In this document: positions 24,271 through 37,150 of the stretch, piece by piece
How the letters are laid out: each line of letters opens with the position of its first letter
Position numbering within the stretch: the stretch's first letter is position 1
NCBI RefSeq assembly: GCF_020745735.1
Contig: NC_083423.1
Coordinates: 24,862,001 to 24,926,000 of the forward strand
Source of the DNA: Hemiscyllium ocellatum
Lineage: Eukaryota
Reading direction: 5' to 3'
Length of the DNA: 64,000 bases
Program-made: the position numbers and the translations under genes
The notes under the pieces: model-generated
Told to the model about the DNA's origin: nothing
Databases searched by the model: none
What the model saw: only the letters and a program-made list of their open reading frames with translations

Positions 24271-26901
24271 CTGCAAGAATGATTTACAAATAAATGAATA
24301 GAGGCATTGATACAAAAGCAGAGAGGTTATGCTGAACCTTTATAAATATTGGTTAGGTCCCAACTTGGATTCTGTGTGTTGTGTTGGTCATCACACTTTA
24401 GGAAAGATGTGAAGGTCCCTGAGAAGAATAGAACCAAAATTCCCCCAAATCCTGGAACCATTTTGGTAAGCTTCTACTGTTTCCTTCAGTGCATCCTACT
24501 TGGGAAGCCCAAGATCCCATATCCTTTGCTAACAACTCTCTATATCTGTCATGCCATCTTCAAAGATTAAGCATATATTGTCTCTGTGTTGCTTCTGCCA
24601 AAGTGCATTTTGTCACACTTCTCTATTGAATTTCTATCTTGCATTTGTTTTCCCATTCTGCAAGACCACCCGTATCCTGTTGCATGTAGTTGAACCATAC
24701 TTACTTTACGTCACTCCTATGAATTTAATATCATCAGCAAATTTTGAATTTACTTACTTTATATAACAATTATGTTGGATTATAATGAAAGTGATGTTCC
24801 TAGCAATGACCCATCTGAGATAAAAGCTGAAAATTTTGGCAATACATAGCAGGTCTGGTAGCATCTGTCGAGAAATAAGCAGACTTAATTAACATTTCAG
24901 ATTCTTGATTTTCCTTCAGACCTTTGAACCTATTCACATTTGTCTTTATGATGCCTTTTGCGTAGTTTGATAGTATAAGAGACCACGTATTCACGTTTTT
25001 CAGCCTCTAAACTCAAATGGAAGTTGTACGGCTATGATTTGAAAAATCAGGAAAGTTGTTTGCAACTTGAAAATCAAGTGTTGCATATTGTTAGCTATGC
25101 AATACAATGTTACTTTCAGGAAGCAAAAAAAGAGGGAGGAATCAACACTGAACAGCACCATGAATCTTGAGAGAAGAAAATTTTTCCTGGTAACTGCTTT
25201 CTGGGCGAACTACAGAGTAATGCAAAGCTATCGTCCCAAGAGCAACACCTGAGTGAAAAACATCCATTGCATTTCTTTATGTCCCTCTTTGAATCATGGG
25301 AAAAAGGACAGAAAACCCCAGATAACTTTAAAAGAAAAGAATTCATACAAGACCATACCTAAGATCGAATCAACTATTGCATTGAACAATAACCAACACT
25401 ATACAGACAACAATGTCTCTTACTATTGGGAAAACTCAAAAAGATCTCAAAAAGAGAGAGAAAAAAACTTCCCACCCTTTGCTTTGAACTTTTGATAATT
25501 GGATTTTTGGTTACTATGTCTATATTATTTTCCATCCATGGTATGTGTTCAGCCATCTGTATTTTGCCTGTCTTTAATAGTTTTTGAGCGGGTTTGGGTT
25601 CAATAGGTTAAGCTGTGTAAATTAGAAATTCTTTCTTTTCTTTGTTCTTGTTGATGTTAGTGCATTACAATAATTAGAATTATTTTTGTTGTTACTGAAG
25701 AAACTTGGTGTGGTTTGCTTTGGTCTTGGGTAGCACTCAGGAAAATTGGGTTTTGGTGATCTCATTCAGATTTCTATAATTAATGATGACGTGAACAGTG
25801 GAGCATTATTTTCAGTTAGTTGTGAAACTGATAACATTTTGCATACTATCCAGCACACTTACTTTCTAAAAGAAAGAAAAGTTAAGGTTCATAACCTATT
25901 ATACAGTGCAGCTACCTCCTTGTACAGGTAGATATTTTGGCATGTGGCTTTTATCTATTCTATTTTTTTTCGTCAGCACCATATATAGGGCTCATCTTTT
26001 TTAATTTTGATGAAGGCATTTAATCTGAAATGTGAACTTGTTTTGAAGTAGGGAGTAATCTTATGTCTTCTGAATTGCTGTATTTGAGATTTTGAGGGTG
26101 TTTTATATCTTAACTTATGTTAACTACATTAATTGATTGTTTGCTCTTGTTATTCTCTGGCAAATATCAATGAAGAAGAGCTTAGTCGTTCCCTAGCAGT
26201 ATGGTTGTGCCAACCAAGACAAAATAATTGTTAATTGTTGGAGATGTTCCAGTACTTTTGAGATTTCTGTATGCTTTTGTGAAATATTGTGTTGTCTTAC
26301 CTGTTATCGCAAACAATTGAGATTGTATTTATAACATTGTGTTTATAAGATTGTGAGATTGTGCATATATTTGTAAATATGATTAGCTGCCTATAATTTG
26401 CTATGAATATAATTTGCGGTAAAAGAGAAATGTTTGCTGCTGCAGCAGTGTTAAGGAGCTGATGTAAAATGGTTGTTTTCATTGGTTAAGATTGAGGTCA
26501 GAAGAAATCGTCACTTTAGCAAACTATTCATCTGATTCAGTTTTCAAGCACTTCTGTTCTCGTGCATAATCACTCCATCTGGTATGACATAAATTGTCTA
26601 TTGGTACAGCCTGGAAAGCTACCCCTACTGTGGAAAAAAAATGGTACTGTACTTCCTGTTTTCATAAACGGTCATGTGCATATTTTAGTGAAGCCTGATT
26701 CCTCGGGAGCTTTCTCTCCTCTCTCTTTTTTCGGAAGCAGTGATGAGCAGTACACGCAGAAGCATTTGAAACCTGTGGCCTCATTCTAGTTTAGCCAAAA
26801 TATCTGAATATTGACATTGGGTATTTGAAGAAAACCTAAAGGTGCTCAGCTCTGAACGTTTTCTAATTTTTCCAGAAACGAAGCAGAAGATTGAGCTGCT
26901 G

Positions 26902-26939
26902 ATGTCAGTTAACTCTGGAAAGTCGTCTTCTTCAGAAAG
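26902..26939 (+). CDS. SRPK2: SRSF protein kinase 2, alternative N-terminal coding exon (MSVNSGKSSSSER)
   Basis: Matches the known SRPK2 N-terminus MSVNSEKSSSSER. Donor AG|gtacag is phase 2 and joins in frame (AG+G = Arg) to 45378. The exon may begin at the acceptor ttctaatttttccag (26876). Confidence 0.92.
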
Positions 26940-28369
26940 GTACAGCGAACATGCATTGCACCCAGCCATTGATGCTAAAAGCAGGCAGTGGGAAATCTGA
27001 AGGAAGGAGGGAGGGGAGGAGAAGAGCTGCCAATGTTTAAACGTCAGTGAAAGAAGCTTCACTGCATTGGTTGACATATTTTTCAGAATCTATTCTTAAT
27101 TTGGAATCTTGTTGCTTTGCTGAGCTAGCTGAGGCTTATTGATTTCTATTTCTTGCGTGTTTTGCTGAATAAATCCATAACATAAATCAAATGATCATAA
27201 TTAATGTGCATAATGCCACTGGGCATAGGTTTACATAGGTTTTCTGCTTCTCTCCTGTTGTGAAACATGCTTAAAATATAAATGTAGAGCATGTTGTTTA
27301 CTATTTTAGTCCTTCGATCGACGTTTAGGTGCTAATTTTCATAGAATGTGACCATTCTTAGGATCTGAAATCACTAGCCCACAGATTAGTCAGCCGCCTT
27401 CTATGAGGCAGATATACCTTTGCTTCATATTTCACTCAAGAAAAATATTTAGCAGATGCAGTAATATTTTATATCTGCAGTTAAGGTTAATTGACTTGTA
27501 ATATTTATAAATATTACACGTTTGCCAATCTAAAATCAGTAATTGTTTGAAATAACTAATTACAATGAGTTGGAAATATCCAAGAAATTTTGTAATCATA
27601 TCTTGCATCAATTAATTGCGGCCCCGTTGGAATTAGCTCATCATAGAAAGTGATCTCAAATTTGTTTAACTACATATATGTTTTTCAATTGTCCATGACA
27701 GTGTCTTCAATTGTTCTGTATGTAAAATCTTAATTACATTTGGGTATTTATTTTGCTAAAGGTGTGCTTTAGCATATTAATATATTGTACATCATTACTG
27801 TTAGATATAGAACACATCTCTACATTTCTACAAGGAAGAGTTAGTTTAACAATTTGCAGGGGGCATAGACTAGGTTTTTCTAGCAGCACAATTGTGACAA
27901 AAATAACTATGTTTAACTTTATTTTGAGGGTCCTGCAACAAAATATTGAAATGTAGATTGAGATTTTGTAATTGATATGCCATAATTGTTAATTTGCCTT
28001 TTTGGCAATGGTGATTATGTGCATAGAAGATGGTACCTTCTTTTCAGTGGTTGCGAACATTAAGTGTATAGTGTCATGGTTTAAATGTGCTTATTTTAAG
28101 CTTTTGCTAGTAAAATGGGTAGTTCTGGCCATCTGTGGAGACTAACGTTGGCTTGTCAATACAAACGTTTGTGCAAAACATGTTCATGATATGTTCTTAA
28201 GTGTCTCTGATGAATAAGCTGTCCTTCAGATAGAGGGTTCATCTTTGGAAAGGACATATTTGGCAAATGTTTCAATGCATGCAAAACTTTAATGTATAAC
28301 TAGGTAGATCGCCCAAAGCATTACTTACAATGGGGTACAACAACACATTTTAACTGGATGATTATTAGC

Positions 28370-28535
28370 ACAGAGTGACACCAACAGCGTGAGTTCATTT
28401 CCCGTGCTGGCTGAGCTCACCCATGAGGTTCCCGCATTCTGAATCCCACTTCTTGCCTGAGTTATGGTGACCTTCAGATTAACCCCCACCCAGTTGTCAC
28501 TCTCTCTATTGAGAGACTTTACAGCAACTATGTAT
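28370..28535 (+). mobile_element. Ancient SINE-like fragment
   Basis: B-box-like gagttcatttccc followed by a SINE-like body. Family not assigned. Confidence 0.35.
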
Positions 28536-29493
28536 GGCACATATGCTAAGTGTGTGCTTCTCTCACGTCACCTAATATATCGTAAAAGTACATCCTCATC
28601 TACACCAGGATTGTAATTAGACTATTCCAATTGTTTCCTTCCCAAAACACTTTACATTCGATCTCTTGTACTTTGCATTTCTTTGCATTCTGTCATATCA
28701 AATGATTTGACAGCTGCTGTTCAGTTGAACGATGTGTATGATTAAACATTATTCATGTAGACATTACAATAGTATAATGCAACACTTCATATCAATCTGA
28801 AGTTCGATTTACAAACTTCAATTTAATAGTCTATTGCTAATTCCTCCTGAAGGTACCAATTCAGACTGCAGAACTGTTTCAACATGACTCTGATATCTCA
28901 TTCAAATGGCCCACCTTTATGTCTGAACCTTTTATTATATTTGTAGAGATTTTGACAGGCATCACAATCTGAATCCTATCCTCCCTTTACTTTCAGATGC
29001 ATGATTTTTCAGCAGGAGTTAATAATAGTCAAGCCCAGGAGTTGGGGCAAACTTATTTTCTATCTCTGTATCTCCCCCACTGCTCCCTCTCTTATATTCT
29101 TGCCCTCCCCAAACTGCCAATGTCCTTTTACTTTGGAATGCTGGACTAGCATCTCTGTTATCATTATGTTCCAATAGTTTGTGTTATGACAAAAAAGCTC
29201 AAGCCCATTAGTGTCTCTGCACCATTGACTAATATTAAGATGTGTTTCAACTAAACTGAGAATATTTTAAACAACTGAAGGGCTGTAAGCTTTGACAGTT
29301 GATTTGCTTACATGTCTGATGTTAAACTATCTACTTTCCTACTTGGGGGAAGAAAGGTTGCATTTTCAAATTAAATTATAAAGTAAACTGTTAAATTATT
29401 TCTGTTGCATGTTAGTCAGCTTCCATTATAGCAGTAGTCGTAATGGCAGCTGGTTAGCTCAGTTGGTTAAAATGCGAGCATGTGGATCAGATT

Positions 29494-29791
29494 AGTGTGG
29501 CACAGTGGTTAGCACTGCTGCCTCACAGCGCCAGAGACCTGGGGGTTCAATTCCCACCTTGGGCGACTGTGCAAACTCCACACAGACATTCTCCCAGTGT
29601 CTGCGTGTGTTTGCTCTGGTTTCCTCCCACAGTCCAAAAGATGTGCAGGTTAGATGAATTGGCCATGCTAAATTGCCTGTAGTTTTAGGTGTAGGGGAAT
29701 TGGTCTGGGTGGGTTGCTCTTCGGAGGGTTGGTGTGGACTTGTTGGGCCGAAGGGCCTGTTTCCACATTGTAAGTAATCTAATCTAATCTA
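29494..29791 (+). mobile_element. HE1-type tRNA-derived SINE
   Basis: A box tggcacagtggttagc, B box ggttcaattcc, central ccaaaagatgtgcaggttag, CR1-like tail gggccgaagggcctgt and (taatc)n. Confidence 0.88.
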
Positions 29792-32469
29792 AAAACCCCT
29801 GATTTAGTTCTGGCAGAGGTAGATTTGGAGCCTACCTCTGTGCCTTACCTATAATAAAAGTAAAATACCACCTTGCCGTGATTATGTGCAAGATCACCAA
29901 GGACTTGTCTTAGGGCAGGGAACTCAAGAACACTAGTCATAAAACGCACAAATAATCAAAAGATATCAACAAATATGTTGATACCCTGAGAAACATCTCA
30001 GAACGATACATTGAAAAAGTTGGATCATTTATTTTCAAAAGGCTGAGATTTCAAAAAGACTCAGTTTTAAGATTTTAAGAAGGCTCGACAAAATTGGCCT
30101 GGGTTAATTGTGGGGACAAATTAGACTTGTGTGTAGGTGACCAGACAAATAAGTATGCTTCTGGACAGATAAGGAATGAATTCAAAGATCCTTTTGATAT
30201 TTGATAGAGTTCAATTCCATGAAAAATATGTAAGCTTTATCTAACTTTTTTCCATAAATAGATTTTAGAAAAATCTAGCATTTTAACAAAGTTGATTTTA
30301 TACTGTAAAGTCTGTGGATTTAAAGTTTTCTTGAAAAACACTTGCAGTAAAGAATGACATGTTCAGATTTAGTTAATTTTTGATCATATATGCATCCCTT
30401 ATTTGGAGGAAGAGTCGTTGTGCACTCAAGTCAGTAATAAATGACTAATGCTTGGAAAACCAATTTTTAAATTCATATTGAATTTCAAAGATAGTTCAAG
30501 AAAACTCCAACTTAAAGAAAACTAGGAATCTTGAATTGTTTAATACTCTTGGAGAGTGTGCAATCTTGGCGTGCAACACAAAACCCTTGATCTGTAGTGT
30601 AAGGTTATTATAACTTAAAAATTGTTGCATAAAAAATATTCTTTTCAAACTTAGATTAATGTTTACTTTGCAAATACGAAGGTGGATAAAGCACTGGAAT
30701 ATATAAGTGCATAGGATAACTATGTTGAATATTTGCACTATTATTCTTGTTTATTTAGAAAACAATTACTGTTATTGAAAGTTTTAATTTTATTGAAAGT
30801 TCTAGAATTCAGTGGTTAGATCGTCACATCATGATCAGGTGTGTTCTAAGTTCTGTCAGTGGGCAGTTGCTTCTAAACCCTAGATTGGTGCTGTGTGATA
30901 TTGGAAAAAGAGCTGGAAATTTTTATATTTCAACTCTGAAGTGCAGTAGGATTCGCCAGCTGCAAAATATTTCCTCCTGACATTTCCTCTCAGTTAATCA
31001 GATTTTGATCATAATTCACCAAAATTGTCCAAACTGTGTAAAAGATCATCAGATTTCAAGCTCAAATTACATCTAGCGCAAAACAAATTTGTGATCTTTT
31101 TCACTAACTTGAAGTTAGCTATGCTTCCAACAATGGCCACACCCCAGATCAAATGAACCACTGTAATGCATTTCTGTTAATTGCATCTGTTTGCTAGCCT
31201 TCAAACAGACCCTTCAAGTTAAGCTTTGTTGTTTGGGTGCAAGGACATCGTTGGACATGTTTTAAAAGATTTTGAATAACCATTTTTCTTAATTTACTAA
31301 TGAATTATTACTATACAGCAATACCACTAGCAAAAGATCTCTATGGTTTATGGAAGCTATTGTTGGTGATTAAAAACCAGGCTAGAAAGATGGTGAACTA
31401 AACAACAAGCTAGTTTTCAGCTATACCAATCAAACTGCACAAAACTGCTGCTGTTGAATATATGAAAGAATGTTTCTTAATGTAACTTGTAAAATAATGA
31501 CCAAACACTGCCCTACTGGTATAGATTCATGGCAGAATTCATATTCATTGATGTGTAGAAAATTCAAGAGAGAACTTTCAAAACAAAAACACAATTTGTT
31601 CCCAGTTGGCAATTCAGTCCTAAGCAGAAATTCTAACCCTTTGTTTATCTTAGTAGATCTCCTGCTTGCGGTGCTTGAGCTGAGTTGTAACACACACTAT
31701 ATTGTTATAAAGATAATGCATAAAGCACAAAATGGATTTTGAGGATACTGATTTATAGTGAATAAGTCACAATTTTTAATTGAGATTTTGTTTCTTTTGA
31801 TGTCATAGTAGTTCAGTTTTTGCCTCCTCCATTTTAAAACTGCAGATCAGTAGCCTTGATTTATTGTGTAAACACAGAAAACTGGAAATAATTAGCAGAT
31901 CAGGCACCATCTGTGATGAATTAGACGTTGAATCAGTCGTGTTTCATGTCTAACACCTTTCCTCGGGGATGGATTTTTTTTTCAATTTTATGTGTTCCTT
32001 TAAAATTAAGTGTGCAGAGTTAATGTGTTTTAAGTTGTAGGATGTATAGCAATATGGTAGGTAATATGTGCCAGATTGAAAATCAGGACCAAGCTTGTAG
32101 TAGTATTAGTTTGAGGGTTGATGGTTGTCCAGGCTTTTAGGGGCACTGTTGGCAACCCTGTTCCTTGGGTACTGCAGAGAGATGAGAGCTTGGGCTTTGC
32201 TAAGACTGATTAGGATTGTTGAGTTTTCCAGCAATGCTTGGGAAATGTAACTTTGGGATAAACTTTCTATGGTTTAACAATAATTATATGGAGTTTTGGA
32301 AGCCCGGGCAGATTTTGTATAGATCCTGGGATTTGCCACCATTGTAGAGGTGCTTTGGAAGATTTGAGATTTGGAGGAACACTCAAGTAGAATTAATACT
32401 TTGTTTCACAAGGGATTCTTAATGTATGGTGGAATGAGAGTGCCTAAAAAGGGCTTTCTTGTTGAGATG

Positions 32470-32668
32470 ACCAGTCCAAAGATGTGCAGGTTGGATGGAT
32501 TGACTATGTCCCATGGTGTCCAGGGATGTGCAGGCAAGGTGGCTTAGCCATGGTAAATGTGGAGTCGTGGGGATAGGGTGGGGACTGTGTTTGGATGGGA
32601 TGCTGTTCAGACAGTCAGTGCAGACTTGAGGGCCGAATGGCTTCTTTCTGCACTGTAGGGATTCTCTG
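32470..32668 (+). mobile_element. HE1-related SINE fragment
   Basis: ccagtccaaagatgtgcagg core and gggccgaatggc...ctgtagggattct tail. Confidence 0.65.
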
Positions 32669-33289
32669 AAGATGTCCTTCAATCTGAATACGAAAGCTGT
32701 GAAGCCTATGTTGGAGCAGTGCATCAGTGTCTGAGGAAACTTTTGCTGCCTGTCAGTAAACGAGATAACAAACAGTCAAAGTCAGTTGAATTTGCCAATT
32801 TTTATAAAATAAGAATTGTTGGCTATTGTTTCTGTTAGTGAGCCAGTATAACAGCAGTTTCTAATTGCAAGCTGTAATTAACTGATCGATTTTTGATGTC
32901 ATGCTCTTTTTTGTCTTATATTAATTTGTTGGAGTTAATATGTATATGATTCACTATACCTTAACTTTGACTTTTATCTGACCTATTACGAAATTATTCA
33001 TGCCAAGTTAAACATAATTTGCCGTAATAAGGTTATACATTTATGTTGTCGTTAAAAGTTGTACTTCATTTGAGAAACACTGTTCAATCAGTCTGTTCAT
33101 TCTATACAACCACTATGATTCTTTTCTTAAACAGTGGCAAACAGTACTTTAGCAGTGATTGTTGCTGTTGTCACCGCCAACACCATCACCAGACCTGAAA
33201 GGATTGCACTATATATTGTTTTTGGAGCTTCCAAAGGAATAAGTTGGTAACCTACATCATCAAAGTATGTCTAAGTGTGAAAGGATCTT

Positions 33290-33430
33290 CTAAAAGGCAT
33301 CTGGATGGGTTTATGAATAGGAAGGGTTTGGAGGGGTATGGGCTGCGTGCTTTCAGATAGAACTAGATTGGGTTGGGATATCTGGTTGGCCGAAGGGTCT
33401 GTTTCTGTGCTGGACATCTCTAGGACTCTA
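33290..33430 (+). mobile_element. CR1 3'-end fragment
   Basis: aaaaggcatctggatggg...gccgaagggtctgtttc matches 50595-50720. Confidence 0.7.
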
Positions 33431-35859
33431 AATAATGGTCTCCCCCAAAAAAAACAGGATATAGAAGACCTTTTAAAAAAAAAACTTCTTATTTGGAAAA
33501 AATGTTTCTTGCTATTTTTTTCTCAAATTTAATCTCTTCCCCTTTTATTGTTTTGGTCAGTCTTTGCTGGATTCTAAAACCTACCCAGTTTTCTGTTGTA
33601 CCGCTAATGTTCACACCATTTATATACCTTTTCTTTCCAATTTGTAGTCTGCTTCGTGTTCTTAATTAGCCGCAGAAAATTTGCACTCATCAGGAATGAA
33701 ACTATCTGCAGCATTAAGAAAGGCATTATTGGATTCTTTAAAGCTTTTTACAAAATATTTTTATCAGTATTTATTTCTGTTACTGTCAAGAAAAGGTGTT
33801 AAATGGCATTGGCAATACGTGTCGGTACATGCAAGATTGTGTTGTTCCTTTTTAAGTGTAAAGGGTAAAGACTGTCCATTTTTACTGATTTGTGTTAACA
33901 TAATTAAAGAAATGGGCTAGTATAAAACTTATGCTAATAATGACATGGTTTTTCCACTGAGCACTTCTGATTTTTGCCAACTTATGTAGAGAAGAGTGTG
34001 GCAGTATTCTTGACATAGATTGCAGTGTGCATTGAATCAATATGTCATATTAGATGGCTAAAGGCTGACTAGAAATTGCAGTTATTTAATACCCTAGATT
34101 AAATAAAAGATAAGTTTATATTATTATAGACATTTAAATCTTTATTTGTAACTTTTAATTATATTGTCAAGTTTGTTGATTATGCCATGAATGTGTAGCT
34201 GCATAATGTATTTTGTAAAGAAAGCTAATTTGTCTTCAAAATAGACAGTGTTTTACAAAATGGCTTCCAGAAGTCATAGGTTGGAGTTGAAACCAGACTG
34301 GACTTGGCTCAAGAAGAAATTCCATGAACTTAAATGAACATTTTCAAAGCTAAACAGAAACTTATTGACACTGGCTTTCCTGGATCTATGAATAGCTCTT
34401 CCTATCTCACCAAAAGTCCAATGGAATGATAACTATTCAAGTTAATAGTTGAGAAAGTTCAAAAGTTAATTAGTTCCACTAAAAGACAGTACCTGTGCTC
34501 CAAACAGGAATAACCCAATACCTGGAATGGAAGGATGATTTAATAGCTTGGGGTAGTAGGTATTTTAAAGTTTTTTGTTAAAGCTGCATTAAAAACTGGC
34601 ACTGAATAACCATTTTGCACAGAGGTTTCAGGAGAATAACCTGAACACATGATAAAATCAATTTTAAACAGCTTTTTGACAGGGAAACGGAGGGAGATGT
34701 TCAGAACTGTTGTGCAAAGTAGGCTGGTAAGAGCCACAACCTGCAATGTTTAGCAGTGAAAAAAGCCTTCACTCACTACCAGTCCAGTTGTGCTGAATCT
34801 TCCAACTACTCAACTTCAGAAACCTTGACAACCCTTGAAACTAACTTAAGTATTCAACCCTTTCACTGCAGAAAGAAAATCTTCAAGCAAGCCAGGCCTG
34901 CAATGAGAGTAAAGACTGATCTCATTTTTCATGCTTATTTTTAACTTTTACTTTCACTTTAATTTTTTGTATTTGTATTTTAGCTAATAATCATTACTTT
35001 TTAAATTTTAAACAACTTTCAGCAATAATTGTGTAATGAAATAACCGACCATGTTTAAAACATAAGACTGTACTGCTGGTTATTTTAAAAACAAAGCAGG
35101 GAGCTACATGCAAACATTTTTAAATTCTTAGTTCACTGACTGCTCTGAGGATGCAACTGGTCTGTGGTTGTGACAGTTAGCAATTATTTATTTGTTTACC
35201 TCTGTCTATTGAAGTGGTTTAAATGATGTACCTTACTTCAAAAGACAATTCCCTGTTGCAGTAACGTGCATTTTTTCCTTTCCACAGGCCACTTTTGTGA
35301 CTTCACTTGAATCATCTTTTCTGCCCTATTCCACTTTGCATCTTCAGCAATCACAGTAGTCTGCTGATGTCTTTGCCTGAAACCTATTTCTTTGACCTTG
35401 CCTTTTAATATCTTCTGTTAAATCTTGCATTTCTTTTTATTGTCTGTTTTCATCTCTGCAGTGTCTGGCAATGCTTACTGTGTTAAAATTAGTATGTGAG
35501 CGCAAGTCATTTGTTGTTTCAACTTCTTTTAGCTACCAGAAAGACTCTGGTTTTGAATAAAGCCACATGATTTCAATTCTAGCATCTGTTTTTCAATGAT
35601 TATAGTGTAACTATTTGCATTTTCCATCATTTCAACTGATTTGTATTAATCCTTTTCGTTGTAATAACCTTAACTACCTAATTAACAGACTTAACTGCTC
35701 ACCATCTGTAGAAGGTAATTTTTCTTCAGTACATATGATGGATGTTTCCCTGGAATGTTATTTCTGATCCATTGAAGCAAAGCAACTTTATCAAATTAAG
35801 CCTTCACCATTTAATATTGAATAAGCATTGCTGTTGACAGTCACTTGCTAACTAGTGTG

Positions 35860-37150
35860 AATGTCCATAAGAAAGTCTGTGTCGTTGGTCATGGATTCTG
35901 TGGGTCCTTGTTTGGCTGATGAGCCCGATCCGAGAACTGCATCTGCAACTACTTGTGGCAGGTGTTTCTGGGAGATGGAAGTGATCCCTAGCATTGATTG
36001 TTTACATTCTTTTCTCTGTAATCTCTCTTTTTTTGATGGGCATTCTCAAAGTATTGTGTCCCTTCATCCAGGAGTTTCCTTAAAGTTTCTTCTCTGAGGA
36101 CCTCCTATGCATTGACATTTATGTTGCATTTTCTGAGGGAAGCCTTTGGGGAGTCTTTGAAAAGCTTTCTTTGATCATCTATCTTTTTGAGTACTTTCCT
36201 TGAGCTTGGTTTTAAAAAAAAAAGTTTTACTTTGGGATTTGGAATTGGGCAACCTAAGCACACGGCTGGCGCATGGAGAGTTTCGGATAATTATTGCCTC
36301 AAACTAGTGCTTTTAGCTGCTTTAGTCACATTGATGTTAGTACATCTGTCTTCCCAACTGATTTGAAGAATCCATCTCAAGCAGCATTGGTGATACTTCT
36401 CAAGGGCCTACAGGTGGTTTCTGTACTTAATCCAAGTTTTGGAGCCATTTGGAAGGGTCAGAAGGATGACTGCCTTATTCAAAAGGATCTTAGTATTACA
36501 ACAAATGCCATGATTATCTAGGACACTCCTCATTCGGCATCCAAAGTAGCACTCATGGATTGGATGCTATGTTGAATTTTCGCCTCGATGTCAGCCTTAG
36601 ATGAGTAGAGGTTTTCCAGGTAAGGGAAATGTTCAAAAGGATTTTTCCACTGATCTTAAAATAGGCATAGACCAAAATTTGACCTGGGATGGGTTGGTAA
36701 AGGATTTGAGTCCTCTTCACTCAGCTGCACTTCAAGTCTCCCAAAGAGCAGTGATGTCAGAGTTGAAGCGTCTGAGTTCACAGACAACAAGGGCAGTTCA
36801 TCATTCTAAATGTTTGGTTTGCTTGTTATGCATGAGCGTTAGTGTATTCCAGGTTCTGAGATTGAGTTTGACCTTGGTTTTCAGACAACAAGTAGATAGG
36901 CCCATTAGATGAGTCTGATGATTTTGGAATAGACTATTTTTAGGGCACCTTTTCTCACCCATTCCCCATGCAGGTTGAGCAGTGTGAATCCTGATGAAGA
37001 CTACTCACTCATTGATGAAAGCTGGCAAAATCCTCACCTGTTCTTATTCCAAGAGCACAATGACTGCGTCAAACTCCACCGCGTACATGCAGGTTCAACA
37101 ATCCTATCACTACGGAGCCTATAGGGCGTAAAGTTCATCCAGTTCCAATG
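35860..37150 (-). mobile_element. Decayed RTE-clade LINE
   Basis: The minus strand reads LEKYHQCCLRWILQISWEDRCTNINV at about 36325-36405, an RTE C-terminal motif. Confidence 0.65.

Noticed and set aside
29445-29560. tRNA gene
   Set aside because: The A/B boxes belong to SINE heads and no complete cloverleaf is evident.
34248-35176. Possible solo LTR (tgtttt...tgtgaca)
   Set aside because: No convincing TSD or second copy in the window.
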